Positions 12,836 to 26,350 of a stretch of 64,000 bases of DNA are shown here, in pieces. The notes below the pieces were generated by a model that worked only from the letters and a program-made list of their open reading frames with translations, ran no database searches and had not been told where the DNA came from. The position numbers were made by a program, and so were the translations under genes. The stretch spans positions 1,552,001 to 1,616,000 of the forward strand of contig CM119373.1 in the NCBI GenBank assembly GCA_051294905.1, written 5' to 3'. Source of the DNA: Botryllus schlosseri (Eukaryota). Position 1 is the stretch's first letter. Each line of letters begins with the position of its first letter.

Positions 12836-14717
12836 GTTGTTGTTGTTGTATAAGTGTAATATTGGTGCTCGACTACTAATGGTCTTTTGCACCAGATCTG
12901 TGATGCGAGTATCATATATCCTTATATGTCTTTATAACTCTCGGCCGGTTAGTAGGGCATATTCAATGAGAGAGCCCATGGTAAGAGGATTGACCAGTAA
13001 TGTTTCCAAGCGGAAAGGAACGGCGTCTCTAATTTGGTCCCGCAGATACTGTCGAGGGCCTTCATACTTGGTGCAGTGAATGACGTAATGCTCAACGGTT
13101 TCAGGAACGCCGCAGTTTTCGCACTGTCCAGTATCGTAAATTCCCAATCTATGCAGATGAGAGTTCAGTTTGCAATGACCGGTTTGCAGACGGATAAGTA
13201 TAGCGTAGGCTCTTCTTGGCAATGATAGCACCGGGGCATGGAAACTCGACGCTCGGAACAAATTAGGGTAAAAGGAATTCTCTGCATTGCTGAAAAACTC
13301 TGATATCCATTTGGACTCGCAATGCTCTTGAATGAGGGACTGGCATTCCCTCGCTGTAATCTCAATGGTGCTGATGGGAGTATGCTCGGATGCCGCTTGT
13401 TTTGCCAGCTTGTCAACAGTCTCGTTACCGCTGATCCCCTTGTGACTTGGGACCCAAATTAACGTGACTTTGGGCACTTTCCTTCAGACCATAATGAATT
13501 AATACATCTTAGGATATATTTTTTGCATTCGCTGGGCAGGTTAGTGAACATAGGGTAACACAGTTTGTCCTGTCCTGGAGAAGAGCTTTTTCTATGTTTG
13601 AGTACCCGTGTTAACTCTGTGAGAGAAAATGGAGAGTTAATCTCCTCGTGAACGCTGGACTCATTAAATGCTGGGACGATTATTTCGGATCTCACTAGTT
13701 CACGTCGGCGCTTAGTTGGTTCATCGATTGTGTCCCCGCTACTGATGGAGGCGAAATGTGCACCCATAGCGTCTGCTTTCATTCTGTTGTCGGTGATACC
13801 GATGCCGTCCGATTGAAGTGTGTGAATATGATTCCACGATATGTTACCGCTCATGGAGCGTATGGCTCCCCAGACCCGTGTTAATTTGGTGTTGCTGTCA
13901 CATGAAGTACAGAAATCTTGCCAATGAGATTTTTTTGCTTGAAGCACAACTTTTCTTGCTTCTGCACGACGTCGCTTGAAAGCTATAACGTCTTCTGTTC
14001 GGAAGCTGCGTTTCATTTTGCAATATGCAGCTCGTTTTAGTCTAATTGCCTTGGAGCATTCCTTGGTCCACCATGGTATGCTCTGTTTTACTACTGGTCT
14101 GGTTAGAGGGATGCTGTCAGATGCTGATGATATTATTGCGTCGGTAATAGCCTCCACTGTACAGTCACCAGACTCCTCAATCATTGCGAAGTATGTGCCA
14201 CTTGCTTTTCTAAATTTTTCCCACTTGGCCCTGTGGAGTGACCACGATGTGCAATGTCCTTCTGTCGAATCGGATCTGCGCACATTTACTGTCGTTGCAA
14301 TAATGTAGTGGCCACTGCCCAGTAGGTGGTCCGAGACCGTTGTTGACATCTTGTGTGCTACATCTTTCGATGCAAGGGTCAAGTCCAGTAATGATGTAGA
14401 TCCAGGATCTGGCATCGCAATATTCAACCTCGTTGGTTTATCTGTGTTCAACACTACCAAATCCATTGAACTAATAGCGAAGTGAAGATGGCGTCCGTTT
14501 CCATTCATACGTTGGCTTCCCCACGTAGGATGATGTGCGTTGAAATCGCCTAGCACTATAGTTTTTGTGTCGCATTTTGTAAACAACCGCTCTACCATTG
14601 AACGCGATATTTGACGGTTTGGCGGGATGTAAACGTTTATAATTGTCAATCCCGTCGTTTGTATTGCTTGTGCCTCAATGGGCCCCATATCGGATAACTC
14701 GACCTCACTGAACGATG
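12836..14717 (-). mobile_element. I-group LINE, 5'-truncated, with internal deletion of the RT domain
   Basis: 12-bp TSD CTTATGCGTGTG (12824-12835, 14718-14729), a (CAA)n tail, and an empty site at 29496-29507. ORF 13459-14688 is an AP endonuclease (LGDFNAHHPTWGS, LDLTL) plus linker and RT start (SPGQD). ORF 12932-13477 is the RNase H C-half (WVPSHKGISGNETVDKLAK) plus CCHC. Confidence 0.95.
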
Positions 14718-15288
14718 CTTATGCGTGTGAGAGTGAAGTGTAGAGCTGTTTAGCACGTGAACGTGAGCAGAAGTTTCATATCCGGTATTTTCGAATGGGC
14801 AACACACCGTTTTCACGAATCTCAACGAACCCCCAAAATCATTGTAAATTCATACATGGCGTACTCGCCAATGCTTGCCTTACGCTCACTACAGGCAGAC
14901 AATCGTTTAAAGTTATTCTTAATATAAATAAGCCGCAGCATATAATTAAATACTTGCAGATCGTTCCACATAAATCCATCGACATAATTCAGCTGCATGA
15001 AGTCTATCTGCACGCAGTGTATCTAACCAATCGCTTCCACAATAGCATATCTTATATTGATGTTAATGTAAACTTCAAGTCAAGAGTATGGATGTTCAAA
15101 CCTGAATTTATCAGCTATAAATTTATAAATCCGAAAATATATAAAGCAGAACTTTATTGATGGAATGAACACTAGCAATTTTGATATCTGAAATCGGTTC
15201 ATCTAACAAACTTTTTGCTCGAATTCATAATCATACGTCGAGAATCAACATCAGTGACTGTTCAGTGTTCAGTGTCTCGTAATGGGAG

Positions 15289-15803
15289 TAGGGCTGGGCA
15301 AAATCGAGTACCTGAGTGATTCGATTCTGAATCACGTATTATGCTTCGAGTCGAGTCGAGTATTCGAGTATCACATATTATGACGTCATAACAGAATGTA
15401 ATATGTCAAAGTTCAAATATGTACCTATTATGCCACAGCAAAGAATATAATGCATGTTATCCATCACATTAAAGATGCTTTGATATTTTTTCGACCATAC
15501 CGATTTCATTGCACTTCGTGACAAGGTTATGGGATGATTATGACTTCGAAAATGTGTTATTTCACGTAAGCTTTGTAGCTTTGTACTATGTTTCGTATGC
15601 TTCAATGCAGCCAATTAGTGTTTTAAGCCTTCCACGTTGGAAACTAGCATCGAAACTATAATTGTCGTTGATAAATTAACTTTCAGTAGCGAGGAGCTTG
15701 TAATTTCAGTACTCGAAAATATCGTATTTTACTACTCGACTCGAATCATTAAAATTAATACTCGATTCAGATTCGAGTACTCGAATCATTGTGCCCAGCC
15801 CTA
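15289..15803. mobile_element. hAT MITE, copy X only
   Basis: TIR TAGGGCTGGGCA, 8-bp TSD AATGGGAG (15281-15288, 15804-15811), TCGAGT subterminal repeats, and an empty site at 30094-30101. Confidence 0.95.
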
Positions 15804-15992
15804 AATGGGAGTGCAATTCTTCAACAAATATCAAAAACCATAACGTATTCTTTATGGCAGTCTAGACATAGAAATAGCCTATATAAATAGATTGATGTGG
15901 AAATTATGCAATTCATTTGATATGTCAAAACAATAATCCAACGTGTCGAGCGATACTGATATCTTGATATCTAATATAATGAAAATCTAAAC

Positions 15993-17118
15993 CAGTGGTT
16001 CTTAACCTTTTCCTCTTCAGCGCCCCCTTTCAAAAGTTGCCTGAGTCTGACGCCCCCCTATTTTAAGGACTGTAGTAAAAACCAATGGGTAAGTGGTCGA
16101 AGTCCGCTTTTGGGTTTGGGCTTCACTATTAGACCACTCGACTAACGGTATAATATTTTATGCCGTTTTCGGGATCAAATCCAGGTTGTTATAACAACCA
16201 TCGGGTAAGGACTACGGGCTCATAGCATTCGGTTCGAGATCTATGGACACATCTCGAATTCTCCTCAAATTCCCCTCCTGCGATTGGCAATACGGTGAAG
16301 AAAATTATATTGCTGGTTTTGTTTTATTGCTTTGTGTGACCAATTAATCAACTGAGACTGTGGTAGAGATTTGCTCACAATAAATTTAGTGCTGCTCTTA
16401 GATTTAACATAAATGCGGGTAACAACACTCAGCAATATCATCCTTTGTTACACGATGAAGAAATATTCTGACGATTTATTTTGTAGCTCTCAAATACAAG
16501 TACATTTAGTTACTCGTTTTGGCTAAAAAGCTTCAAAACACCTTAAGTGTACAAAGGCCATCACTCTCAAAAGCTGTAAAGTAGCCTACAATGCCATTAC
16601 GATTTCGGCACGCAGTGCGCTTCAGGATACAATACCTAGTTCAAACTATTTGAGGAAGACAACTAGAGCTATCAGTATAAGTATCAGTTTATTAATATTT
16701 TTATCATTTCAAAACACCACAAAACTGTGATACAGTGAAAGGATAGGAAGGTGTCAAAACTACTTGGGAGTGTTATAACGGGGAATTAACAATCCAAAAG
16801 TACGCCAAATTCATTTTACATGACTTGAAATAAACCACTGCATTCATGGAAGCATGGGTCGGTGGATATTTCGCGATGAGCGCAACGAAAAACGTTGTGA
16901 TTTGACAGATTTTGTCGAATGTTAGTTTGCAATGCGAAGTCAGGAATAATCATATGTCCTTACTACACCATCTGCTGCGATATCATTTTCTTCAGCCCCC
17001 CCCCCCCCCAACCGTCGCCAGAGCCCAATGCCCCCTATGTCGTCCCCTGAGCGCTTCCGCCCCGTCAAAATCCAAGTCGCACCCTGGGAGGCGCTGGAGA
17101 CAAGGTTAAAAACCACTG
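15993..17118. mobile_element. Non-autonomous hAT element (5' part shared with copy Y from 30283)
   Basis: Termini CAGTGGTTCTTAACC / GGTTAAAAACCACTG and a degenerate TSD (ATCTAAAC / ATATAAAT). It is absent from the homologous position in copy Z (~41230). Confidence 0.8.
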
Positions 17119-17164
17119 ATATAAATCATCACGAACTATATTGGTAAAATTACGTCTCTTCCAG

Positions 17165-17212
17165 CTTCATAATCTGCTCATCTTCGACAGTACAATGCTC
17201 CCAGACGCATAG
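17165..17212 (+). pseudogene. Broken B-type LRR exon in copy X
   Basis: Acceptor TCTCTTCCAG is followed by LHNLLIFDSTMLPDA*, against LQKLTIFDSTMPPDAY in exon 41276. There is an in-frame TAG and similarity is lost afterwards. Confidence 0.75.
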
Positions 17213-20200
17213 AAGAGTAGCGTACGGCCAGTGTTGCTGAATACAAATTCTGTAGGAGGAATTGGGTTCTGAGCTGTCGTAAGAAGTCGTCAGAAACAAC
17301 ATATACAAATGCGCGTGGTTGTGTTCGTGTAGTTTTTGCGCTATCACGAAGCAACTAACGATCCAGATTAAACGTTTAAATTCTAACCTTATCCAAGTCT
17401 CTATCATGGTCTCATGCTCAATCTTCTGGAATGATAGATACTTTTGTACTCAGCGCTTCTTTGGAAATTGTATCAATCATCACACCCATCTCTAATCTGA
17501 ACATATAAAGTGTCATCACCATGTTTTCATCTGCTATCACACTAATCGAATTTTTGAATTGTTCTTATGCTCTAATTTTAATTCTAATCTAATTCTAAAA
17601 TGTTTCTATGCTTCAATTTTAATTCCAATCTAATTTACGAATTGTTCTTATGCTCTAATTCTAATCTAATTTATTGTTTTCCTGAAAATGCCTATTTGAC
17701 CGCGGCATGTTGCAGCGAGTCCCTCTCGCACAGGGATATCCAGAGGCAAGCCTCTATCGCATCACTTACACCGTAAAGAATTAGTAGTTGTTGTGCGACG
17801 AATAATAGCCATACTGGCATATTAGCTTGTATGTTTGTTTTCTGGAACAATTGTGACGCATATCGCCGAATCATGTTATTTGTGCCATGATAATGAATGT
17901 TGCAATGTTCATTGATCTTTGCCTTTGGAACTCTTTTTGGACTACTTCCAGTCACGTATCCATTCATCATCTATATCTATCTCGTTTGCATACGACCACT
18001 TCAGTGTCTTTTGCTGACGATTTTCGAAGCTCGAGTTCAATTATTTAAACTGGGCTTTTCGTACGGCACTGCATACGCAGTGATCAGCTACTAACGATTC
18101 GATATTAGGGCTATCCAGACATGTTGCTAGGTGAAAGACTATCTCATCCTAAATATTGGCTTTGGGGACGCCCTATAGCCCTAGTTTTCCAAGCGTCTCG
18201 GTGTCGAGTGCACTGTACGTCATGGCAATATGCCTATTCATGCCAGCTGACTCTCCATCGATGGAATACTGTTGCCGTCGTTGAAGCTATTTCTGCTATA
18301 GCGAGGAATAGTGTTGTTGCGGACAGACGAATAGGTTTATTTAAAACAACAACAATAATAATTTGAAACTGAAATCAATTTACGCATTTCAAAATGCTTT
18401 ATTCGCGTTCTTCCAAATTCACAGATCAGATCGATGGTCGCAAGATACGACCTCGCGGGCCGCCTGTTGATGACCCCTAGTATAGTGCAAAACGAGCAAA
18501 GCTTGATATACAGACGTTAACCAATCTCTTGGTTATGAGACTTCACTGTGATTGGATATGAACTGAAATTTTTGCTGCATTTATCATTCAGAATTTCATT
18601 CAATTTCAAAGTTTTTCCGATTTCAGTAGCCAAATTCTGATGCTAATTATTATCTAATTTTGAAAAACCTGTGATGGTCTGATTATAATTCTATTCTAAT
18701 TTGGAAAAAAGACGTGTAGCTTTATTTCTAATTCTAATCTAATTTAGAAAAAATTGTACAGCTCTAATTATAATTCTAATATAATTAGGAAAAGCTTAGA
18801 AATTCTAAATTGTCCAAGTCTGCCACGTAAATGGTGTCTCATAAAAGCATGAGTGGGCCGTGAAGCAGGTCAGCAGCTACGGAATTTAAATGAAGCACAT
18901 TGGCCTGATGTAAATGTCCATAGTAGTCGACAAACCCCATGAATACCTCAAATGAAACAAACAAACGATTAAAAAGAGAGCATAGAAATACGCCAACTTA
19001 TATCGTCGTTAGTGCCACTGAGTTAGCGCTCCATAACTTTACTCAACAGGTAAATCATCGCGATTTTGCCAATTCCATTATTCGCAAATAAATTCGTTGC
19101 TAGAATATAAACCCAATGATCCGTGATATGATTTAATGTACTATTATGTATATATAATTGATAATAAAGTATTCAAGTGAAAATACGGACATGTGGCAAA
19201 ATTTTGAAACGAGTTGACAGATGGTCAGGCCCGTGAGAGATTTGAAGATTTTAATCCCACCCGAGTAGCCATTTGAGTTTGACAACCGTGCTCTAAGCTT
19301 AATTGCAATGACGAGATAGCATAATGGTATGATCCACGGCTGCAACACCAATTGGTTGCGGGTTCGAGTCTGACCGAGGTCGCCTCCAGAATTCCCAGCC
19401 AAGTGTTAGAGGTTTATATAGGGCTAGGCTCCTCTTCATTCACCTGATCGGCGCTAGCGATTTCTTAAAAAAGCCTAGAAGTGGATTTTGCTATGAGTGC
19501 TCTCAATATTGCAGGCCCTGAGTATTTTTCTGCACAGCGATCAATGTATATTTTAAAAATTAGATGCCTCGTGGCTTTGCATTCAGGACAGTTTGTTTTA
19601 CATGCAATCGAAATTTAAATCATTGGTAAACCAGAGTATATATTGCATGACATTAGGAGCCGGTGATTATGTCTATTACAACATTTGATATTCTCTATAG
19701 TAGCTGAGTGACGTAAAGACCGAGTGTCTCATTTCGATTTCCTAAAAGTGTTTATGAATACTGGCTGGGCACCGTTTAAACCCCAATACTGTCGTTATCG
19801 CGCTATAACTAGTAGATTAGTAATCATAAAAACTACATTAAGGTATGCTTTAAAGCTGCCAAACACAGTACACCTGCCGTCTCGGTGGATTCAATCGGAC
19901 GGATTTACATGCCAATATCCTAATGGCGACAAATTTTTGAAAGAGGCAGAGATTGCTCTCATTCCAGTCAACAGAATTCTACGTTGAAATAGGCCCCATA
20001 CATTTGTTACTCAGAAGACCGAGTTTCCAAATAATGTCAGGAAACTAGCTCATAGGTAATTTTACAAATTTCTATTGTGTTTGAGTGTATTCGATCAAAT
20101 GAAATCTAGAACATTCTAATCGACTCGAGGATCAATTCTCGATTCGGAATCGTATCATTCGAGCCCTCGATGTTGCCAAGCCACAATTGCAATATTAATT

Positions 20201-20301
20201 TGCTTGAAATGATGGCGAAGCCATCGTAGCATAGTAATGTGATACTAATAGTCTTTTACAGTTTACTGACAGAAAATTCGATTTCATTTTCGAAGCCTAG
20301 T

Positions 20302-20558
20302 TTGTTTGTTTGTTTTATTACATTATTGGCGCTTATCGCACATATGGTTATTTGCGCCCAGCACATGAATTGCATTAACACAATGTCTTTGCGGTCTTGC
20401 TTTATCTTTCTGGTCATTGGCTGCCATCTTTCCAGAGTTCGGCTCTCTCTTCTTCTGGGCTTTTCAAGGCGCTGTATATACAGCGAGATCGGCGATGAGG
20501 AGCCCAGATAAACCTCCGACACATAGAAACATGGCAGAGCCGTGACTCGAACCACCAA
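20302..20558 (-). mobile_element. 5'-truncated tRNA-derived SINE, copy Y only
   Basis: B-box-like GGTTCGAGTC at the minus-strand 5' end, AATAAAA(CAAA)n tail, flanking repeat CCTAGT (20296-20301, 20559-20564). It is absent at ~32580 in copy Z. Confidence 0.8.
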
Positions 20559-20598
20559 CCTAGTAAAAGTAATGTTATACGATATTTTATCATTCTAG

Positions 20599-20766
20599 TT
20601 GCAAAATCTCAGTATCATCGACAAATCAATGAATGAAGATGGATATGAAATGCTCGTTCACATTCTGAAGCTGTCAGATTGCAAGGAATTGATGCTCCAA
20701 GATTGTTGTCTCACCAAGACTAAGTTGCAAGGAGTATTGAACGGATGTCGGGATCAAAATATCCAG
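20599..20766 (+). CDS. LRR (NLR-like) gene, A-type exon, copy Y (168 nt, phase 0/0)
   Basis: Acceptor TTTTATCATTCTAG and donor CAG|GTGCGT. The open frame LQNLSIIDKSMNEDGYEMLVHILKLSDCKELMLQDCCLTKTKLQGVLNGCRDQNIQ gives two ~28-aa ribonuclease-inhibitor-type LRRs. Confidence 0.8.
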
Positions 20767-21283
20767 GTGCGTCATCATGAATAATCCGCAATATCCAAGA
20801 AGACATGTCCCCAACGATTCGAAATTTTTCGTCATCCTACTTCGCCTCAAAAACCATGCAGCATAAAATCGTTCACCGTTTATTCTGGCGTTTACCAATA
20901 CTCGTCGGAGGTAATTCGATTACCGCAGGCGTTTAGTCTTTTGCAACACAGAGAACCTTGTATATTTTTAAAATTGCTAACGTCGTGACAGCGTAGATAT
21001 TAACAATATAGGAATATTCATGACAGAAATCTAGCCGACGAGGCCGAAAGAGTGATAAAAATCGTTTTAGTGTTTGATGATGTTGTTCCATGCACCTGTT
21101 GTCATGGCTTGGAATTTGGGAATTCTAGAAAATTTGTTGCTGATGGAAATGCGGAAAATAATTTGCAGCTTTGGTAAGGCTCCCTGATCTGCTCTACTGG
21201 TGAATGGCTGAGAAAGGATTCATGCTTGATATGAATATGTGAAACTATTAACATCAATGACGAAAGTCATTAGTGAATCTGAA

Positions 21284-21457
21284 CAACTTCTTGGAGGTAC
21301 AGAACTTCAATATACAATTGATTAGTATATTCATATTGAAATGAACCCGAATATATTCGGCTGATACTCGTCAGGGGTAATCGTCAGAAACTAGTAGAGA
21401 ATACAAAAGAACAGCGTATATCATCAATCATAACACAAAATATGACGTCACCAGCAG
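21284..21457 (-). mobile_element. Solo Penelope-like pseudo-LTR (family 1), copy Y
   Basis: Homologous to 43825-43990 and flanked by CATT(A/G)GTGAATCTGAA (21268-21283, 21458-21473). It contains a mutated hammerhead at 21345-21388. Confidence 0.85.
21345..21388 (-). ncRNA. Hammerhead ribozyme, mutated (GAAA to GAAT), likely inactive
   Basis: The minus strand reads TCTGACG-ATT-ACCC-CTGACGA-G-TATCAGC-C-GAAT-ATAT-TC-GGGT. Confidence 0.75.
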
Positions 21458-24400
21458 CATTGGTGAATCTGAAATTTTTCGCAATTCGCGCGATATTGCC
21501 CGTTCCCATAACGTGACCACTCGTGATTTCGGTGCGTGTAGTAAGCGGATATGAAATATTAGATAAGTCCAGAGCTCAGCGGAAATGGACATAGATCTCT
21601 TAACATCAGTAGTTGGCGTCCAGCTAGTTCATCGCGACTAAGCCCTGGAATGCTGCCGTAGGCTATGATTCATCGAAATGCGGCCGTGAATAGTAAAAAG
21701 GTTGGCGACCCCTTGTTTACACCTTGGAAATGAATTCCAGCTAAGCTTTTCATTTAAGAGAGCTCGTTTGTCATGCACTTGAAATTCAAATCATTTAAAC
21801 TATTTTTTTATAATGGTGTCGAATCATATACAATCTGCCAGCGACTTCAATACTAGTTGACAATATGTAACAGTATTTTAATAATCTGTAATATGTATTG
21901 TGCTGCATCCGGAATATTTCGCGATCGGTATTTTTCGTTACATGTCGCTATATCTCCAATCGCAAAACCATGTATTCCATGGAGCCCATTGTAAAATGAC
22001 AACATGTAACAAAGTTTCTGTAAGCACTGCGGCGGGCGGTCATATTGTCAATATATATTATAGGATAATACCTCATGGTATAAATCTTATAGCCGGCTGA
22101 GTGAAGAAAATCGATTTAGTGTTTGATGCTTGACTCATATTTACTCGGGATCCAATTTCCTAGTTTTTGATCACCCCGCGGGCCACAGCGTCAATCTGGG
22201 TATTTAATGTATGTTTAAGTATGTCGTATTTGACGAGGTGAAATTGTCCGATTGAAGGTTAACCGAAATAGCTGACTGAGATTCCGCAAATATCGTGACA
22301 TTGTGATTTACAATTTTTTTAGCAATTTATGCGTGGCACGAATAAAAACCACATTTATAAATATTTTACTAGAACTGTCATTGTACATGGCAGGGAGTAC
22401 GCAACATTTGTCAAAATTATGAGAAATAGGCACCATAGTCGAATCCAGATTTTGGGTGTCATATTAATCAGTATAGTCTATTGATTGCGTCATTGCCCAA
22501 GTCAAAATAAAACAGCGTTGGATTTAAATTCACTGGTGGTACAGCGGTGGAGCGTAGCACTACAGTATTCACCATCTTAAATCAGCGATAAAGGTATGGA
22601 TAAAGGGATCAAAGATGCAACTGACCACACATTAAGGGGGCAACATAATGCTCAATCTTGTTATAACAACTTGCGTCGATAGCGAAATACCATGTCACGA
22701 GCTTATCATCTATTACTACCCCCTTGGACACGCGAATAATAATTTTCGCGTCTGTGGTTATAACCATGTCACGACGTTCCGAGTTACTCGGAGTCAACTC
22801 GAGTCATTTTCATCTTGTCAACTAGTCATTCCGAGTAATTCTGCGAAAGGTCGCCTCAAACTCAAAGTCACAATTTCCAGTCTCGAATCATATAAGGTTC
22901 ATGTTTTATCATCAAGATTAGGCTATTCCATGTGATAGCAGATCTTCCATCGCGTGGTAGCGTTTGAAAGTGATGCCATATACGAAGTTTGATCAGTAGT
23001 TTTATGTTTTTGGGCAAATTTAAAGTGAATGATAACTTTTCAAATCAGACAAAAAGAAATGTTGCACTTAACTGCTGCCAAGTATAGCCTAATTGGATAT
23101 CCAAAATTTTGACGTGGCCAAGCAAAATGTCCTCGTCGGCCGCGTGTTTGCGACCCAGGCTTAGAGCTTGCGGATTACTATTATCAAAACCATGCTGGTG
23201 TAAATAGAGAAAAGAATTTCCAGCTTTGGCATGAGGTTACTGGTCTATTGCGAATTAATCACAGAATATGAGGCAATACACAATTTACGATTTTAGACCG
23301 AAAAGTGAGCATTTCTCCCCAGACAGGTCTGTTCTGTAAGGTTGCTGTAAAATGGAAATTATGACGGATGGAGCTATGTCCAACAATAGTAGAGAAAGCT
23401 AGCGTACATGAAGTGTGACATAATGCTCATTCTTCACGCGGAATGCGGTCACTAAATGTCGCTAAAAAGTAGCTACAAATAACGACATGTCAATGCGCGT
23501 GTGAGTTCGCGTGTTTTGTGCTATCAAGAAACATCATGTCGATCCCCCCCAAAAAATCCTAAATCGAACCTAACCTAACCCAAGCCAAACTAATCTCTAC
23601 GCTAATATACTTTCATCAATTCTGACCTTCAATAATATTCACGACACATCGCACCGTAAATATTTTTACGATTACGTTCCGCAAAGAAAGATAACACTGG
23701 TCAACAAAATGAAGAAAAAAATGACAGAACATCTAGGAGGTGTTTCTGGGATTTTCAAGGTTGCCGATTACGAATATCACATCACATTTGTTTTTCCAGA
23801 TTGCCTCTAAAAAATAACATGTTTGTACCCCTAAAAAAGCTTCAAATCATTGTATTTACCCTTGAATATTTCACTTGGTAGGAAATAAATCTTTTTTTAC
23901 TTTTATGCTGAGCATAAATTTATAATGGACTAGGACACTCATGTCGTTATCAGTTATTCCATCAATATTAACATGACCTGATGCGAGAACTTCGTTAAAA
24001 AACAGTTTGTCAAGCCAAAAAATTGTTCTTTTGCTCGATGGTAATATATTTTATCTTGTAACCATCGGTCACTCTGCCAAGATGAAAGAGGTATATTAAG
24101 CTATCAAATTTGTCCCTGGAAAGCTTACCTTGGATATTCATATGCTTCTCATCTCTTTTCACTTTTAAATGAATAATTTTCCATGAAGCCAAAAAAGTGA
24201 GTATATCAAGTATCAATATCAAGCGAGAAGCTCAACTCTGGAATCTTTGATGGATCTCAGATTAGAATACGGGCCAAGGATGACAATTTAATATTAAGAA
24301 AGGTGCTCCTTGCATGGAATACCTTCCAGGATGTAGCATATAAAACATTTTGGACGATCACAAAGCACCCAACTACAAACAGTTGGTTCGAGAATTGGTA

Positions 24401-25249
24401 TCTGCATATGGAAACCTTGGACCAAACATGAACATTAAATTTCACTTCCTGTTCAGTCATCTTGATATATTCTTTGTTAATATTGTTGATTAGATCAGTG
24501 GTTCTCAACCAACGGTCCGCGGACCGGTGCCGATCCGCAACGACATTACTGCCGGTCCGCCAAGTATATTACAATGTTATTCCTTAATTTCAAGATGCAA
24601 TGTTGAAGGCTACAAGTACAGAACAGATACGAGCTGACTCATAGCTAAGGAGCGCAGTTTGCGCGATCGTTCGTTTTCGATTCATTCATTTTGAGCAGGA
24701 CCGTAACTGGGGCACTCCAAACCTCTCAATTGGAATGGGGCCGCGCTTGAAAACGGCCCACAATTATTTTGCAGATGAACATCAATCATAGCGTGTTTTT
24801 TTTTCAACATTTTCCAATTTCTTCGCGCGATTTAGTGTCACTGAACGTCTTGCTAGTTAGGTGCCCTTCTCCGAGAATTACGCATGATTTAAAGCAGGGC
24901 GAGCAACTTCTCCAGTCGGAGGGGCGGATGCAGGAGAATTAAGTACTTGGCGGGCCGGATAGCTGAATCGATACATTATTCGCCCATTTATCCACATATA
25001 CAAAAACTGAATCGCAAATCATGAATGTATTGTAACGAAAACAATGTCATTTCAAAGCCATTTCTAGGCGATAATGACAAAGACAATGTGGATGTGAGAA
25101 CACCATTGCCATACAGGCGCCGCACTTTCAACTTCTCTCTCATCAATCAACACATGGTGCAATCCTTAATGAAGACTTCAAGGCGTTCGATAAGCCCGGT
25201 ACCCCAAATTTACCAAGATATCAATTCATTAAGGTCGAGCACATCGTAA

Positions 25250-25472
25250 ATGCCGATAATGCAAGTCTTCCCGCTTCTACGAACTTACGCGTAAGCTCCA
25301 CTCTCGCACGCATTCTCGGCAATGTCCATTCTCAGTAATGGTTTTCTCGATATTGGTATAGACTGAGCCTCCGTGGCCCTAGTCTGCCGAGTTATTTGCG
25401 TGTGTGCGCAGCGTGCGAGAATGGAGCTTACGTGTAAGTTAGTAGAAGCGAGAAGATATGCATTATCGGCCT
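25250..25472. mobile_element. Small foldback MITE, Harbinger/Tourist-like (interrupted by a hAT in copy X, ~9490-10643)
   Basis: Imperfect inverted arms of ~60 bp (GCCGATAATGCA...CTCGCACGC / GCGTGCGAG...TGCATTATCGGC) flanked by TAA/TTA. Confidence 0.65.
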
Positions 25473-26350
25473 TTACGGTTTTATATCAGTACCAAGAAAA
25501 CTATTACCGAGAATGGACAATGACAAGATTCTAACTTACTGAGAAGGCGTTGTTGAGAAATTTGTATCTGAGAATCGACACCGAATGTGGCAAAGCCGTC
25601 ATGCACAATTGCACATGCACACGACCTGTATATATGCATAACATGCCTGCATTGCATACATTGCATTCTCGGCGGTGTCCATTCTCGGTAATAGCTTTTT
25701 CGGTAATAGTTTTTCGGTCTTGACCGGACACCGGCCGGCGGGCCACATTATCAACCAAGACGGGAATCTGTCCGCGAGCCGGATACGGAACGCGGGCTGT
25801 ATGTTACCCGCCCATGATTTATAGAAATAGGCATTTCGGCGTCAGCCATTACCACGCCACGACGTACCAACACATAATAAAGGCTGGGCTGACATGGGAC
25901 TCCGAAAGATGTGCCAAAAATTCGGCAGCGTAAAATCCGATTAAGTCATGAATGATGGAATATTTTCGCTATTGGCGCGATTAAGCTACATAAACTCTCT
26001 GCTTACACCGAGTAGAATGAATGTGCTCACAAGTGCAGGTGAAAACATCCACCCAAATGTGGGGTCTGGGGGCGAAGCCTCCGGAAGTTTGGCTTGTCGC
26101 CCACTGGATTCCAAGTCCAATGTTTTTGGAGGTGGGCTGACGTAGTGCTTTTTCGGTCGGATTTGCGCATCGCCGGTATAGCTGCTGTAGGATGCTTTCT
26201 TGCGGTACGCATTGTATTCGTAGTTGGCAGAGTAGCCTGCGTCTGGTGGCAGTGGGCAATGAGCAAGGTAGCACGACAATGTGGCTGTAACGCTTCTTCT
26301 CTCGATATTGTCAAAGAGAAGAATATTATTCGAGTTGGCGTGATCGGTTC

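Larger units (their letters stand above)
6924..19635 (+). repeat. Tandem segmental duplication, copy X
   Basis: Colinear and roughly 90-97% identical by eye to 19636-31915, apart from copy-specific insertions and deletions. Paired ORFs in the track include 8495/24257, 9265/25025, 11112/25948 and 19133/31422. Confidence 0.93.

Noticed and set aside
17540..18822. CTAAT(T)CTAAT-rich repeats resembling telomeric repeats
   Set aside because: They are irregular, not a TTAGGG array, and end in a TTGTCCAAGTCTG terminus-like motif. They are more likely transposon subterminal repeats, too decayed to delimit.
19860..20056. Possible exon (WIQSDGFTCQYPNG...NRILR*NRPHTFV...KLAHR|GT) present in all three copies (~7160, ~32140)
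   Set aside because: It has an in-frame TGA in all copies, no convincing acceptor and no recognisable domain. Conservation is explained by the recent duplication, and there is no evidence for readthrough.
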